DNA of 64,000 bases from Octopus sinensis (Eukaryota): contig NC_043000.1 in the NCBI RefSeq assembly GCF_006345805.1, positions 127,782,001-127,846,000 on the forward strand, written 5' to 3'. Numbering within the stretch: position 1 is the first letter of the stretch; each line of letters begins with the position of its first letter. Below are positions 37,106 to 50,079 of the stretch, piece after piece. Position numbers and translations under genes: made by a program. The notes beneath the pieces are model-generated. The model was not told the origin of the DNA. It worked only from the letters and a program-made list of their open reading frames with translations, and ran no database searches.

Positions 37106-38849
37106 TTAAAAGGGCACATTTATTTTATAATTTATGTGTGTTCTTGTGTGAGTCTATTTCCCTCATCTTCGCATGTTTTCACTGATTGTAAAGAAAGGCT
37201 TGTGGATGGTCTTGTTTGCTTGCAGTCCACTACAAAAGTATGTCTGGTCTTTTTTGAAAGTCTTAACATGGTGCAAGATCTTTGTAAACAAATGGCTCAT
37301 TTGTAAGGTGTAGTTTGTTTCCAGTTTTTGTGTAACCATAACCAGGCTGTTTCATTTTTGATACATTGGGAGATTAATGCTTCACTTGGAAAAATGCAGA
37401 GTTCTGATGTCATGAAGGGTATCCAACCATAGAAAGCACTGCCCCTATGTACTCTTGTCTAACCCAAGCAAGAATGGAACTGGATATGTTAAAACAATGA
37501 TACAATTATGATGTACTTGATAAGGTACATGAAGGTTTGAATGCTTTGAATGTAAAATATTCTTGCTCAAACCAGGCATGGCATGGCTGTGTGTTTAAGG
37601 AGTTTGCTTTGCAACTGCATGGTTTTAGGATCAGTCCTGCTGCAAGGCACCTTATGAAATTGTCTTTTACTACAGCTCTGAACTGACCAATGCTTTGTGA
37701 ATGAATTTTATACTATGGAAACTCATTGCATATATGTGTGTGCCTTTGTATCTGTTGTCCCCTCAGCACTTGAGAACTGATGTAGTTTGTTTACATCCCT
37801 GTAACTTAGTGAATCAGTAAAAAGACACTGATAGAATAAATATCTTATTTAGAAAATAAGTACTGTAGTCAACATGATCAATTAAACCCTTCAAGGTAGT
37901 GCCCCAGCATGGCCACCATCCAACAACTGGAACAAGTAAAAGAGTATAAAATTGAGCAAACAATCAAAACTTCTGCTCAGTGGCTCAGAGAAATTAGATG
38001 GAACATTGGGAAGAACCTCCATTCATTTCTCTAGCTTACAATGGAAATGGATGAGTTTGAACTCAGAACCAATAAGTTCATGACAGGCTCTTTTTAACAT
38101 TCTGCCACCAAAACACTGTACAGCTGTTAAGTAACTTTGGAGATGCATAAACTCGTTTTAGTAATGAACTTAGTAAAAACTGGGTTTACAAGTTGAGTTT
38201 TCAATTAATATAACATCCACTGCCTATTATTTTTCTAAATTTCACTTATGTTGCTTTGTAGTTCATTACAAATATCATAAGACAGACAATATATTATTGC
38301 CTGTGAGTTTATTTGTGAAGATATGTGGTTTGGTGGTGAGGGTGTTGGGTTACAGCTGTTTGTGAGTTCAATTCTTGGACAACATGGTGCATTGTGTTAT
38401 TCATCAAGGCACTTTATTTCATATTGTTCCAGTTCACTTAGCTGAAAATGAGAACCAGTAACATACGAGAAGGAGTTAAACTTGTCATAGACTGGCATTC
38501 TGTTCAGAAAGGGTTTTTCTACTCTCAGCCTAACCCCCTTGAAAATCTGGATAAGCTCCAGACTAATGAACCTGTATGCTTGAGATAAACATTTGATTTT
38601 ATTCAACCCTTTTGGTACCAACCCACTTGAGACTCCTTTTGGTCCTATGGTATAAACTTCTTGTGTAAAGTGGCTTCACTTAAAATCTTCCATCAAGATT
38701 TCATGGTAATTTACACTAGCTTAACCCTTTGATATTTAAACAGGCCATATCAGGCCCAAATATTCTACTTGCTTTAAGTTTAAACTGGTCAAATCCAGCC
38801 CCTTACACCTACCCTATAATATCATTCTAAAAATAATCATATCTTCAAA

Positions 38850-39145
38850 ATGGCCTAGTGGTTAGAGCAGTGGACTCGCATCAAGGAATCGCAGGTTCAA
38901 ATCTCAGACCAGGTGATGTGTGTGTTTATGAGCGAAACACCTAAGCTCTGTACAGCTCCAGCAGAAGGTAATGGCAAATTTCTGCTGACTCTTTTGCCAC
39001 AACTTTCTCTCACTCTTTCCTCCTGTATCTTGCAGCTCACCTGCGATGGACCGGCGTCTCATCAAGGTAGGGAACCTATACGCCAAGGAAACCAGGAAAC
39101 CAGTCCTATGAGCCAGGCGTGGCTCAAGAAGGAACAAACAAACAT
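38850..39145 (+). mobile_element. SINE family C inside a piggyBac-type MITE remnant (from 38721)
   Basis: Homologous to 12684-12995; the flank matches 36019-36237 in reverse. Confidence 0.8.
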
Positions 39146-39916
39146 TTGATAGAGAGTAATATGAATGCTAAAAGCTAACTAATTTCAAAATTAATAGAAA
39201 CAAGGACAGTGTATTTCAAAAATATCATGTAGTACTGAACATATTACTGATTACTTAAAAATAGAATCTTAATTTTAGGAGTTTTATACAAGCCATGTAA
39301 AAGGGCTATATAAGACCTTGTATTATTACAAAACTTCTGTTAATGTAATTGATCAACTAATGTTGAATATTTGCAGCACAGTAGCAAAGTTGTAAGAGCA
39401 AAAAAACAAAATTATTCTACCTCCAACACTACAGTGTAAAGGTTATGCATTCAAACTTTATCTAAGGAAATGTAATATGTATATATGTTGTATATATGTA
39501 ATAAAAGAGTACCTGATGTTAATCAGACTGGACTAATTGAGACTCAGTATATCACATAACAAAAGAAAACACCATTAAAAGAGGAAGTTAATTAACCTGA
39601 AAGTTTAAATGATTCATATCAAGTTGGTTCAACACTCCATCATCAAGGTGTTCTGATAAAATAAGGAAAATTGTTGTTATTGTTATTGTTTAATTGCAGT
39701 CTTGACTGAGTGGGCTTCAGATCAAAGGCATTCAAGCTTTGAGCATCCTATCTATATTTCGTTTTTCTCAAATAGTCAGAACCACACAATTCAAATATTT
39801 CCTTCTTTTAAGACAACAGGGTATGATGGGAAGAAAAAAATTAGGTATTATTTCTGGCAAGGCAAGCAGCTGCATAAAGGCTCGTTTTGAAAGGTATTAT
39901 GCATGTATATGTATTT

Positions 39917-40067
39917 AGGCAGTGTGGTAAGTAGCTTGCTTACCAACCACATGGTTCTGGGTTCAGTCCCATTGCGTGACACCTTGGGCGAATGTCTTCT
40001 ACTATAGCTCGGGCCGACCAAAGCCTTATGAGTGGATTTGGTAGACGGAAACTGAAAGAAGCCTGTC

Positions 40068-40103
<36 letters not shown>

Positions 40104-40180
40104 ATGCTTGTGTGTCTGTGTTTGTCCCCCCCAGCATCACTTGACAACTGATGCTGGTGTGTTTACATCCCCATAACTTT
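39917..40180 (+). mobile_element. SINE family B, 3'-truncated
   Basis: Homologous to family B. Confidence 0.85.
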
Positions 40181-41037
40181 AAGTTCAAAGTCTCTGATCA
40201 GATCCTCACTGTGACACTGTGAACACTTCAAAATAACATATTTCCAAATATATAAACAACTTCAGATATTATGTGAAAAAGTTTAAAGTGATTTCTTTTG
40301 TGCTGTAAACCATTTACCATTTCTGTGGTGCCCTCTTTTCTTGATGCCCTAAGCACATACTTATTTTGCTTAATGGTTAATCCAGTACTCTGTATGTGTG
40401 TTGCCTTACTTCATCACAATACTTCATCAGTAGCGAGATATAACGCTCTTTCATAATGTAATGCGGATGCAATAAAACACAGGTTTGTGATTAAGATGTT
40501 CACTTAATGACTGTGATTTGGGGTTCGATTCCACTACGCAGCACCTTAACCAAGAAAATACTACTATAGCTTCAGATCACCCAAAACCCTGTGAATAAAA
40601 TTTAGCAGATGGAAACTATGTAGAAGCTCAACAGTGTTAATTACTATTCTTCAATAGTAAACTTAATCCATGTGGAGGCAAAAAGCCTAGTGATTTGGTT
40701 GTTGCACTCCTAATTGTAAGGTCATGATTTCAATTCCCAGGCTAGGCAGTGTGCTGTTCTTGAGCAAAAATATTTCAGTTCATGTTGCTCCAGTCCACAC
40801 AGCTGTAAATGAGTTCCAACAATAGCTGGGGGGGGGAGGGGGTTAACCCTGTTATGGTTGTTAAATAGTAGGAAAGACAAACACAGATACATACACATAT
40901 AGAAGAGGCTTCCACACAGTTTCCATCTATCCAATTCAATCACAAAGCATTTATTACCTTAAGGCTATAGTAGACACTTGCCCAAAGTACCATGCTATGA
41001 CTGCTCATTCTTTTTATTCAGGCATAGTGTACTGTAG

Positions 41038-41383
41038 GTGAATGCAGATGGCTCAGTGGTTAGAGCATTGAGCTTACGATCGTGAGGTTGTGAGTTCGAA
41101 TCCTAGACCGGGCTGTGTGTTGTGTTCTTAAGCAAGACACTTTATTTCATGTTGCTCCAGTTAACTCAGCTGTAGAAATGCGTTGTGATGTCACAAGTGC
41201 CAAGCTGTATCTGCTGTTGCTTTTCCCTTGGATAACACTGGTGACATGGAGAGGGGAGGCCGGTATGCATGGGCGACTACTGATCTTCCATAAACAACCT
41301 TGCCCGGACTTGTGCCTGGGAGGGTAACTTTCTAGGTGCAATCCCACGGTCATTCATGACTGAAGGGGGTCTCAATTTAATCA
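41038..41383 (+). mobile_element. CORE-like SINE family D with 12-bp TSD
   Basis: tRNA head tggctcagtggttagagc...gttcgaatcc. TSD agtgtactgtag at 41026-41037 and 41384-41395. Confidence 0.9.
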
Positions 41384-42493
41384 AGTGTACTGTAGACTAC
41401 CATGTGTCCTCCTCTGTATGAGAGTAAGATATATTTTGAGGGAGATCTGGCTGTTATTTCTAGAAAGTTGAATGACTTCATTGACTTGTTTAAAATGTGA
41501 TAAAAGGGAGCTGGTACCTATTTTTTGAAAAAATGTTAGATAACTTGCCTACTATATGACCCCACAATAATCAAGTATTTTGAGAATAAAAATCAAATAG
41601 CAATACTGTAGGCGGATTTTTAGCCCTAGGAAAGTTCTGATCATGCAGACATCTAATCAAAAAGCGTTCCAGTTATCCCACCTTTTTCCTAACTTTTCCA
41701 ATATAATGTATCCAAGGATCACATTATCTAAGATGTCCTTTTTCTCTCTTTTAAGATGTCGGGTAGGATTTCAGGGAGACTTGGCTGTTATTTCCACCAC
41801 AAGAATGACTATGTAGAAGTTTCTTCATTCACTAACGATACAGATGGTCATAATTAGAAGCATAGCAAGCATGTATTAAAACGTCTAGTTTTTATAAAAG
41901 AGAATATAATGAAGATATCCTGTGATGAATATATTTCTAATTGCAAGTCTCACTTTATAAATAAATATATAAATAGGTTAACAGATGCTTAAGTTAAGAT
42001 AATTGTCTTTAAATAGATATTTAAATGAAGCTGGTTATTTTCTCAAGAGAACTACTTATAATTCATGGAGGACTTTAAAAACTATTGAAGACAATAAGAT
42101 TGAGTAAATTAAACATTTTGTCATAGCCAAAGTTTGCATTTTGACCTAAGACTCATGTTAGCTATTTCTATCCCTTTTTTATGAATGTGTGTGTGTGTGT
42201 GTAAACCATAAAACATCAGGACATAGGAGAGATGAATTTATTTATTTAGCCACTTGATATCCTTAGGATTACAGCTGTTTTGCAACCTACATCATGTAAC
42301 AATAATTTCTGTGAATAGTGAATTATGTTTACATGTCTGCACCAATATATATGCTATGCATTGTACAATAGAGTTGTAAATTTACAAATCAATGCAGATA
42401 AAGAAGGCTAGATCTTCAGATCACCAGAACATCATGGTTGCACCAATGTTTCAACTTGGTGTATACATACAAAAGTTTGTATGTATGGCCACA

Positions 42494-43009
42494 AGATTCT
42501 ATGACTCTATATATTGCACTGCCATGATAGATCGTTAGACACTACACACATTTTTTTCTCTCCTTGTTTTTTCTGTGTCCCTTTCTGTAGAAAAGTGTAG
42601 GCTCGAAACGTAAAAGGCTTTTTCTATTCCTGAGCGTTATACTAATACATCTGTTTGTTTTGTACACCACCTGCCTGGCTCAGTGGTTAGAGCGTCGAGC
42701 TTACGATCGTGAGGTTGTGAGCTCGAATCCCGGACCGGGCTGCGTGTTGTGTTCTTGAGCAAGGCACTTTATTTCATGTTGCTCCAGTTCACTCAGCTGT
42801 AGAAATGAGTTGCGACGTCACTGGTGCCAAGCTGTATCGACCTTTGTGTTTCCCTTGGATAACACTGGTGGCGTGGAGAGGGGAGGCTGGTATGCATGGG
42901 CGACTGCTGGTCTTCCATAAACAACCTTGCCCGGACTTGTGTGTAGGAGGGTAACTTTCTAGGTGCAATCCCATGGTCATTCATGACTGAAGGGGGTCTT
43001 TACCCTTTA
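42494..43009 (+). mobile_element. Composite insertion: HHR-like PLE end fused to SINE D, under one TSD
   Basis: TSD tatggccaca at 42484-42493 and 43012-43021; SINE D starts at 42675. Confidence 0.7.
42581..42616 (+). ncRNA. Variant or decayed minimal hammerhead-like motif
   Basis: cttt-CTGTAGA-a-aagtgtaggctc-GAAAC-GTA-aaag; core A6 replaced by U. Confidence 0.45.
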
Positions 43010-43099
43010 TATATGGCCACAGTTCTGAGCTGAAACTACAGAAAAACAATACATTACTGATGTCATAAGAATTTTATAAGCTTTCAAAAGAAATGTGAA

Positions 43100-43270
43100 A
43101 TAATTCTTTTTTCAAACACTGGGTCTCGAAGTGCATAAAGCTATAAATAATAGCATGTAAATATTGTCACACCTTTGACTTTTTCTATCCAACAGGACTT
43201 TTCAACCCAATATTTATATGCTATTATTTATAGCTTTATGTGCTTTGAGATATTGTTCCAAACAAGAATT
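43100..43270. mobile_element. AT-rich MITE-like inverted repeat
   Basis: Arms about 43123-43165 and 43208-43250; related to 30625-30895. Confidence 0.65.
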
Positions 43271-43349
43271 GCGTGTAAAAGTATATATGTTCATTTGATG
43301 TAAGTGTTTGCAAGTATGGGTATATGTGTATGTGCATATATATATATAC

Positions 43350-43393
<44 letters not shown>

Positions 43394-44411
43394 ATATATG
43401 TACTCATCTATTTAGCATTCACTGGAAGATATTTGTGGCAGGTTTTTACAACCAGATTCACTTCCTGTTTTGCAAGAAAGGGATTCTTTTTTCTGTAGTC
43501 TAGAGGACATTGAAAATCAGAGAGTGACAAATCATAATATCAACACTGAATGTCCTTGTCACTAGCTTCACTCAAGCAGTGAGAGGCATAGAATATCATT
43601 GTTTATGGACACTTACACACAAAATATTTACATATGACTGATCTCTTCTAGTTTCTATGTACCAAATTCCCTTACAAAGCACTTGTTGGTTTGTAGTTAC
43701 ACTAGAACACACTCAAGGTGCCACATGTAAGTGGTGTGACAAATATTTAACAACCCATAGTCGACATTACTATGATAAAGTCATTAGTTTTGGATAGATT
43801 AGCTTGCAGTATTCATTCTGACTTTCTATGCTCTGAGTTCAAAAACTGCCAAGGTTAACTTTGTTTTTCATCAAGGCTAATAATTAAAATACCAGCTTTA
43901 TACTGAGGTTGACTCTTCTCTTTCTCTCTCTCTCTTTTTTATTGTTTGTTTCTATCTCTTTCTGGAAGAATTCAGCTGTTGTCATAAATGGCAAAAGATG
44001 GCCTCTGGTAGATCTAAGAACTACCAAAGACACACTGTATGTCATGCTGGCACCACTACATCTCCATCAGAAATTGCGAACCCTAGGCAAGACAAGTAGA
44101 CAATATTATCAAGGAAAAAAAAAACTGAAACCAAAGTGAATGTAACAATGGCTAAAATAATAACTTTCCTGTGATATCATCATCATTCTAATGTACATTT
44201 TTTCCATGTTTGCATAGGTCAGATAGAATTTGTTGTGGCCAACACACTTTCTGTTACCAATTGTCACTGAGTTCTTAAGTAAAATAATATTGGCCAGACA
44301 TCTTTTCATGAAAGCCAGAAAACAAGCAACACTACTTATATGATGACGTTGAGGTCATTTTCAATTATTGTGCTGTATCAAGACACATATACACACACAC
44401 ATACACACACA

Positions 44412-44446
<35 letters not shown>

Positions 44447-45644
44447 GAATGGCAGCTTTAAGTTTCCATCTACCATATACTTTTCTTGTCCTGGAGCTAA
44501 AGTAGAGGACACTTGCCCAAAGTGCCCCCTGTGGAACTGAACCCCAAACCACATGGTTGGGAAACAAACCTCTTAACCCCACAACTTTGTCTACGCACAC
44601 ACACACACACACACAGAAAAAGAAAGAGGAGACCTAGCTTATAGAAACAGTGAGGTGGGGAGAGAGAAGCATATACATCAAACTGGTTTGGACTTGCTCC
44701 TTTATGCATAATTATTCCTGTCTATATGGTTAACTACATTAGGTATACATTTACATTCAACTTTGTAAAACTTTTACTTTGATGCTTTAATAATCAAATG
44801 AAGGAAAGATTTGATTTTCAGACTAACATAAAGCCCAATGCACTAAAGAAACCTCTGTGCTGTCATTCAATCCACTAGAAATGGCAGTCAAATTTCCTTT
44901 AAATCTCACCCTACCATCTTAAAGAATGTATCGGGTAATTTAATTTACTTGAAAAGAAGGATGTGGTGTTCATGGCTGGGAAATCTGTGATTATGAGTTG
45001 CTCAGTCAAGACTAACTGGGTTCAAACAACAATGAGATCATCAGTTCAGTTTCTGATAGCAAGTCGTTTCCTTGAGCAAGAAATTTTATTTCATGTTGCC
45101 TGTATTTCAAAGGGCCAGACTTGTCACACTCTGTGCCACGCTGAAACTCCTTGAGAACTACGTTAAGCGTACACATGCCTGTGGTGTGCTCAGCCACTTG
45201 TACGTTAATTTCATGAGCAGGCTGTTCTGTTGATCAGTTCAACAGGAACCCACATTGCCATAACCAATGGAATGCCAGTTTAGTTTTAGTGTTGAGTCCA
45301 ATTTAAATATATTTATATTCTGATTGTGAAGGTGCATGGTTTAGTTGTTAGGTTGCTCTTGGCTCCTTGTCATAAAGTTTCAGATTAAATTCCTGGAGAA
45401 GGCAACTCATTGTCCTTGAGCAAGGCATTTCATTTCTTATTACTCCAGTCTATTCAACCATAAATGCGTACCAACTGGTTGCTCATGAACCTCCTCTTCC
45501 TTTCAGCTGTCACATCCTAGATCTATCACTGGGTTAAGGGGAAAATCGGGTAACAGGGTGTTTGTGTGCTTGGAAATTCGTAGGCACCTGGAACAATTAG
45601 ACACACTATTCTGACTTGAAAATTAGGAAAAAAATAGGGATTAA

Positions 45645-46490
45645 CAGGCGTAGTTGTGTGGTAAGGATCTTGCTTCCCAACGATAGGAACTTGCTTCCCA
45701 AACACATGGTTCCAGAATCAATCCCACTGCATAGTACCTTGGGCAAGTGTCTTCTTTAGTCTCAGGCCAACAAAAGCCTTGTGAGTGGGTTTGGTAGATG
45801 AAAATTGAATGAAGCCCATTTATGTATGTGTGTCTTTGTGTCTGTGTTTATCTCCCACACTTACTGCTTGACAACCAGAGTTGCTGTATTTACATCTTCA
45901 TAACTTAGTGGTTCAGCAAAAAAAGGACCAATAGAATAAGTACCAGGCTTACAAAAAAAAAAAAAAGAAACTGGAGCCGATTCAGCTGACTAAAAATTCT
46001 TCAAAGTGATACCCCAGCATGGCCGCAGTCTAATGACTGGAACATATAAAAAACAAAATCAAGGTATCTGGTTGTTTTACAAACTTCCCAAACATGTATA
46101 GGTGCAGGAGTGGGTGTGTGGTAAGTTGCTTGCTTACCAACCACATGGTCCCAAGTTCAATCCCACTGTGTGGCACCTTGGGCAAGTGTCTTCTACTATA
46201 GCCTCGGGCTGACCAAAGCCTTGTGAGTGGATTTGATAGACGGAAACTGAAAGAAGCCCATCGTATATATGTATATATATGTGTGTGTGTGTTTGTCCCC
46301 GCTACATCGCTTGACAACCGATGCTGGTGTGGTTACATCCCCGTAACTTAGTGGTTCGGCAAAAAGAGACCGACAGAATAAGTACCAGGCTTACAAAGAA
46401 TAAGTCCTGGGATCGATTTGCTTGACTAAAAGCGGTGCTCCAGTATGGCTGCAGTCAAATGACTGAAACAAGTAAAAGAAAAAAGAAAAG
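45645..46490 (+). mobile_element. Two consecutive SINE family B copies (45645-46050, 46099-46490)
   Basis: Both have head, CORE-like block and tail. Confidence 0.9.
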
Positions 46491-48358
46491 AATGTTTTGT
46501 TAGTGGCTTAGCAACATAATAGACCCTATTAGTCTGTAAGGGGTCTTTTACTTTTACAGCATGAAGACAATAAGTTTAGTACAGCTAACCCTCCATTGGG
46601 GGTCAAATTGACTAATGTAAAATCTAACCTTTGACTTTTACAGAGTACAGGTATATTTTCATTATTGTAACTTATTTTAGTGTAAAAATAACATTCTTGA
46701 TGCCAGGAAATAGGGTACTTGCAAGCTTTGGGGCTATTTAATGGTCAGTAACAGCAGTATAATATTAGTGAAATCACTGCTACTACTACTACTACTTCTT
46801 CTACTGCTATCAGCTGGAGTATAGGATTTCTTCTGCAGTTGAAATAAATTTTTTAAGAGATAATTATTCTCACCTTTACAGGTTAATAACCAGCTCTTGC
46901 TGTTTAATTGTCATACTAAATGGCTGCTACAGAATATTGTATTTCTCTTCCAAACAGCAGGGGAAGAAAACAGACACCATTTTTTCAATTCATAAAAGGT
47001 GACAGTTTCTACTGAACCAGCTTGTTGTTGCTTAGCCCCAGGTCAGTCTTCAACAAACACACCTATGATCAAAGGCATTCTAGCCCTGGTCTTTCTGATA
47101 TTTTTTTACTGGGTAAATTGTTAGTAAAACTACATTCTCAGATGCATTTTCTCATTCTTTTTAAGACTCCCTGGAAGAGTTGAAGGCTATTTGGCTGTTA
47201 TTTTTTGCATGTCAAGCAACAATGTAGCAGTTTTACTGTTGGCTTGTATCTTATTGATGTTAGTCTCAAAGATGAAATTGTTTGGAATATCAAGTAAATT
47301 CATTGTTCATTCTATTACTACAGAAAACGCAAACGTGCTGTGTGTGTGTATTTCATTTTCAATGTACTTTTGTTAAGTCCAAGATCATTTTTTTACAATA
47401 CCATACCATCTTAGCAATAGCTATTGTGTAACTCCAGGCAAGCTTTGAATAACCAGCAACCTTAGATCAAGAGAATTTCAGCCATGATGGTTAAGACTTT
47501 GATTTGTAATAATGCTTTTATTTCTGTCTATGAAAGCTGGTGGATTAGCAGAACCATGAGAACATCAGAAAAAATGCTTTGCATTATTTGTTCTGGTTAC
47601 TTAGAATCTGATTTCAACTTAATCTTGATCTTTTCAGGGTTGGTAAAATAAAGTATCAATGAAGGACCGGGGTTGATTGTATTGATTAACTCCTCTCTCA
47701 CTAAAAACAAAAAATGGAAAAGAAACTGCTGGTTTTATGCCTAAATTATAAATAATTATTTCTGTCTATAAGGTATCTACATTAGATTACTTTTACTTTT
47801 ATACTATAAACACCTTCAATAAAAAAAATATATAATTTTTTATAAATTTTCCTCTCTCTAAAGCTGAGCACTCTCTCCTCTGTAGGGGGACTTCATTTCA
47901 TATCCCTTACCCTATACAGCAATGAATTTCAAACCTAGGCTGGCATCAAACACTTTGTGCACCATAACATGTATGGGGCAGGAGATTTATATTATAAATT
48001 TTTATAAAAATTTATTAAAAAATATAAATAAAAAAATATAAATTTATATGAAGCCTGGTGGATATTTAATAGCTTACAGTGTTATCACCAGTGTTATCAT
48101 TTTTGCATCTGCTTTTTCTATGATGCTATGGCTTGAATGGGACTTCTTGAGGCAGTGTTCCACAGCTAGATGCCCCTGGTGTCAACCCTTATTTGTTTTC
48201 CAAGTAAAGTGCTCATCTTCACTTGTCAAACTGTCAAGCAATGGGACATGCATGTCACTACTCTCTAAGTGAATTCAATGCAAGAACACACACATGTACA
48301 TGCAGCAGACTGCCATATATTGTCTCTGTCTACCAAATTTCACTGACAAGATATAGAT

Positions 48359-49072
48359 CAGGGGTTCCCAACTTTATTTTGCTTGTGGACCCTCTGAGAG
48401 CTATCTTTATCATCTGTGGATCCCATATATGCACATGTGAATTTTTGAAATAAAATATTTGTTTGTAGGTTAGTAAAAACTAACAATGAAGCAATTTCGT
48501 TATATTTATAACATAAATCAAAAAATCAAAATCGAAATTGCTCAACATCAATGGAAATTGTGGGTGTGATACCAGTGCAGGTGGCACATAAGAGAACCAT
48601 CCGAACATGGCCGTTGCCAGCGCCGCCCCGACTGGCCTCCGTGCTGATGGCACGTAAAAAGCACCATCCGATCGTGGCCGTTGCCAGCCTTGCTTGGCCT
48701 CTGTGCTGGTGGCACGTAAAAAGCACCATCCAATCGTGGCCATTTGCCAGCCTCATCTGGCACCTGTGCCGGTGGCACGTAAAAAGCGCCCACTACACTC
48801 ATGGAGTGGTTGGCGTTAGGAAGGGCATCCAGCTGTAGAAACACTGCCAGATCAGACTGGGCCTAGTGCAGCCTTCTGGCTTCCCAGACCCCAGGTGAAC
48901 CGTCCAACCCATGCTAGCATGGAAAGCGGATGCTAAACGATGATGATGATGAAATTCCAAATACAAATCTTGAAAATTTCAATAAATACAGGTACCTCTC
49001 CTAGTAAACAAATTTTATATATGGACCCACAAATTACAATTTTTACTCGTGGACCCTGGTTGGGAACCCCTA
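48359..49072. mobile_element. hAT-type MITE inserted in a SINE B remnant
   Basis: TIR caggggttcccaac/gttgggaaccccta; 8-bp TSD atatagat/gtatagat. Confidence 0.82.
48519..48951 (+). mobile_element. RTE-related non-autonomous retroelement with internal ~57-bp tandem units and (gat)n tail
   Basis: Four ggtggcacgtaaaaagcacc-type units and the gttggcgttaggaagggcatccagc motif. Relatives at 32480-32665, 54986-55300(-), 60310-60495, 60685-60877 and 62550-62853. Confidence 0.82.
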
Positions 49073-50079
49073 GTATAGATCAACCTGAGGCTATACCAGA
49101 AGACAAGGTGTCACATACTGAGATTGAACTTCAAACCATGTGATTGTGAAGTGAAACTTCTCAACCACACAACCATGCTTTTGTATACAACTGAAAAAAA
49201 TTCATTCTTTAAGCACTGTCAAATAAAATTCCCCTCAATTTACCATACTACTGCAAATGCAGGAATTATACAACACTGTTTTGCCTGTCCAGCACCCTTG
49301 AGACCTGAGTGGTGTTTGGTTATCAAAAATGCTGGTGTATTGGAATACACCAATTTTAGTTTTAAAGAATAAAATTAAAATTGTATTTTAAAGTTAAATC
49401 ATGGTTTTAATGAGGTCACCAAATATTTAACTGTATTTATTAGCAGTGTCAATATCTGCTAATTTCTTTTAGTCAGACAAATTAATTTTATGAATACTGT
49501 ATCATATTTTAATCTTTCTAGACCAACCAACTAAAAGCAAGCAAAACTCAGCAATAACTATCATCATCATCGTTTTACATCAGCCTTCTATGCTGCCATG
49601 TGTTAGAAGGGCCATCAAAGCCCAAATAATTTCTTTCTTACACCAAGAACTACAAGCTTCAATCACTCACCCACCCTCTCTCACCCTACACCATTACACC
49701 CACCTCTTTCCCCACTCCTTGCAATACCTACTTTCACACCACCACCACTCTCCCCTCCACTGCCAACACTCATACACCTGCTGCTATCTCCTGCCCCATG
49801 CATGTCATGGTGCACAAAGTGTCTGATGTCAGCCTAGGTTTGAAATTCATTGCTGTATAGGGTAAGGGATATGAAATGAAGTCCCCCTACAGAGTTGGGA
49901 ATGCTCAGCTTTAGAGAGAGGAAAATCAGGAGGAATAGTTACAACATGAAGAGGAGTAGCAAGAGAGGAGGAGGAGGAAAGTAGGTTAGGTGGTGAAGGG
50001 AAGGTGTCCTACCCGCACCAAGTAAACATGACTGCTTCACTGACCTGGGCTGCATCATCCCATTGGATGTCAGCCCCTG

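Noticed and set aside
42675-42740. tRNA-like sequences here and at 12925-12995, 36880-36945 and 41045-41110
   Set aside because: They are SINE heads running into CORE-like bodies, with no complete acceptor stem.
48575-48790. Regularly spaced ggcacgtaaaaagcacc repeats resembling a CRISPR array
   Set aside because: The spacers resemble each other, the array lies inside a dispersed eukaryotic retroelement, and there are no cas genes.
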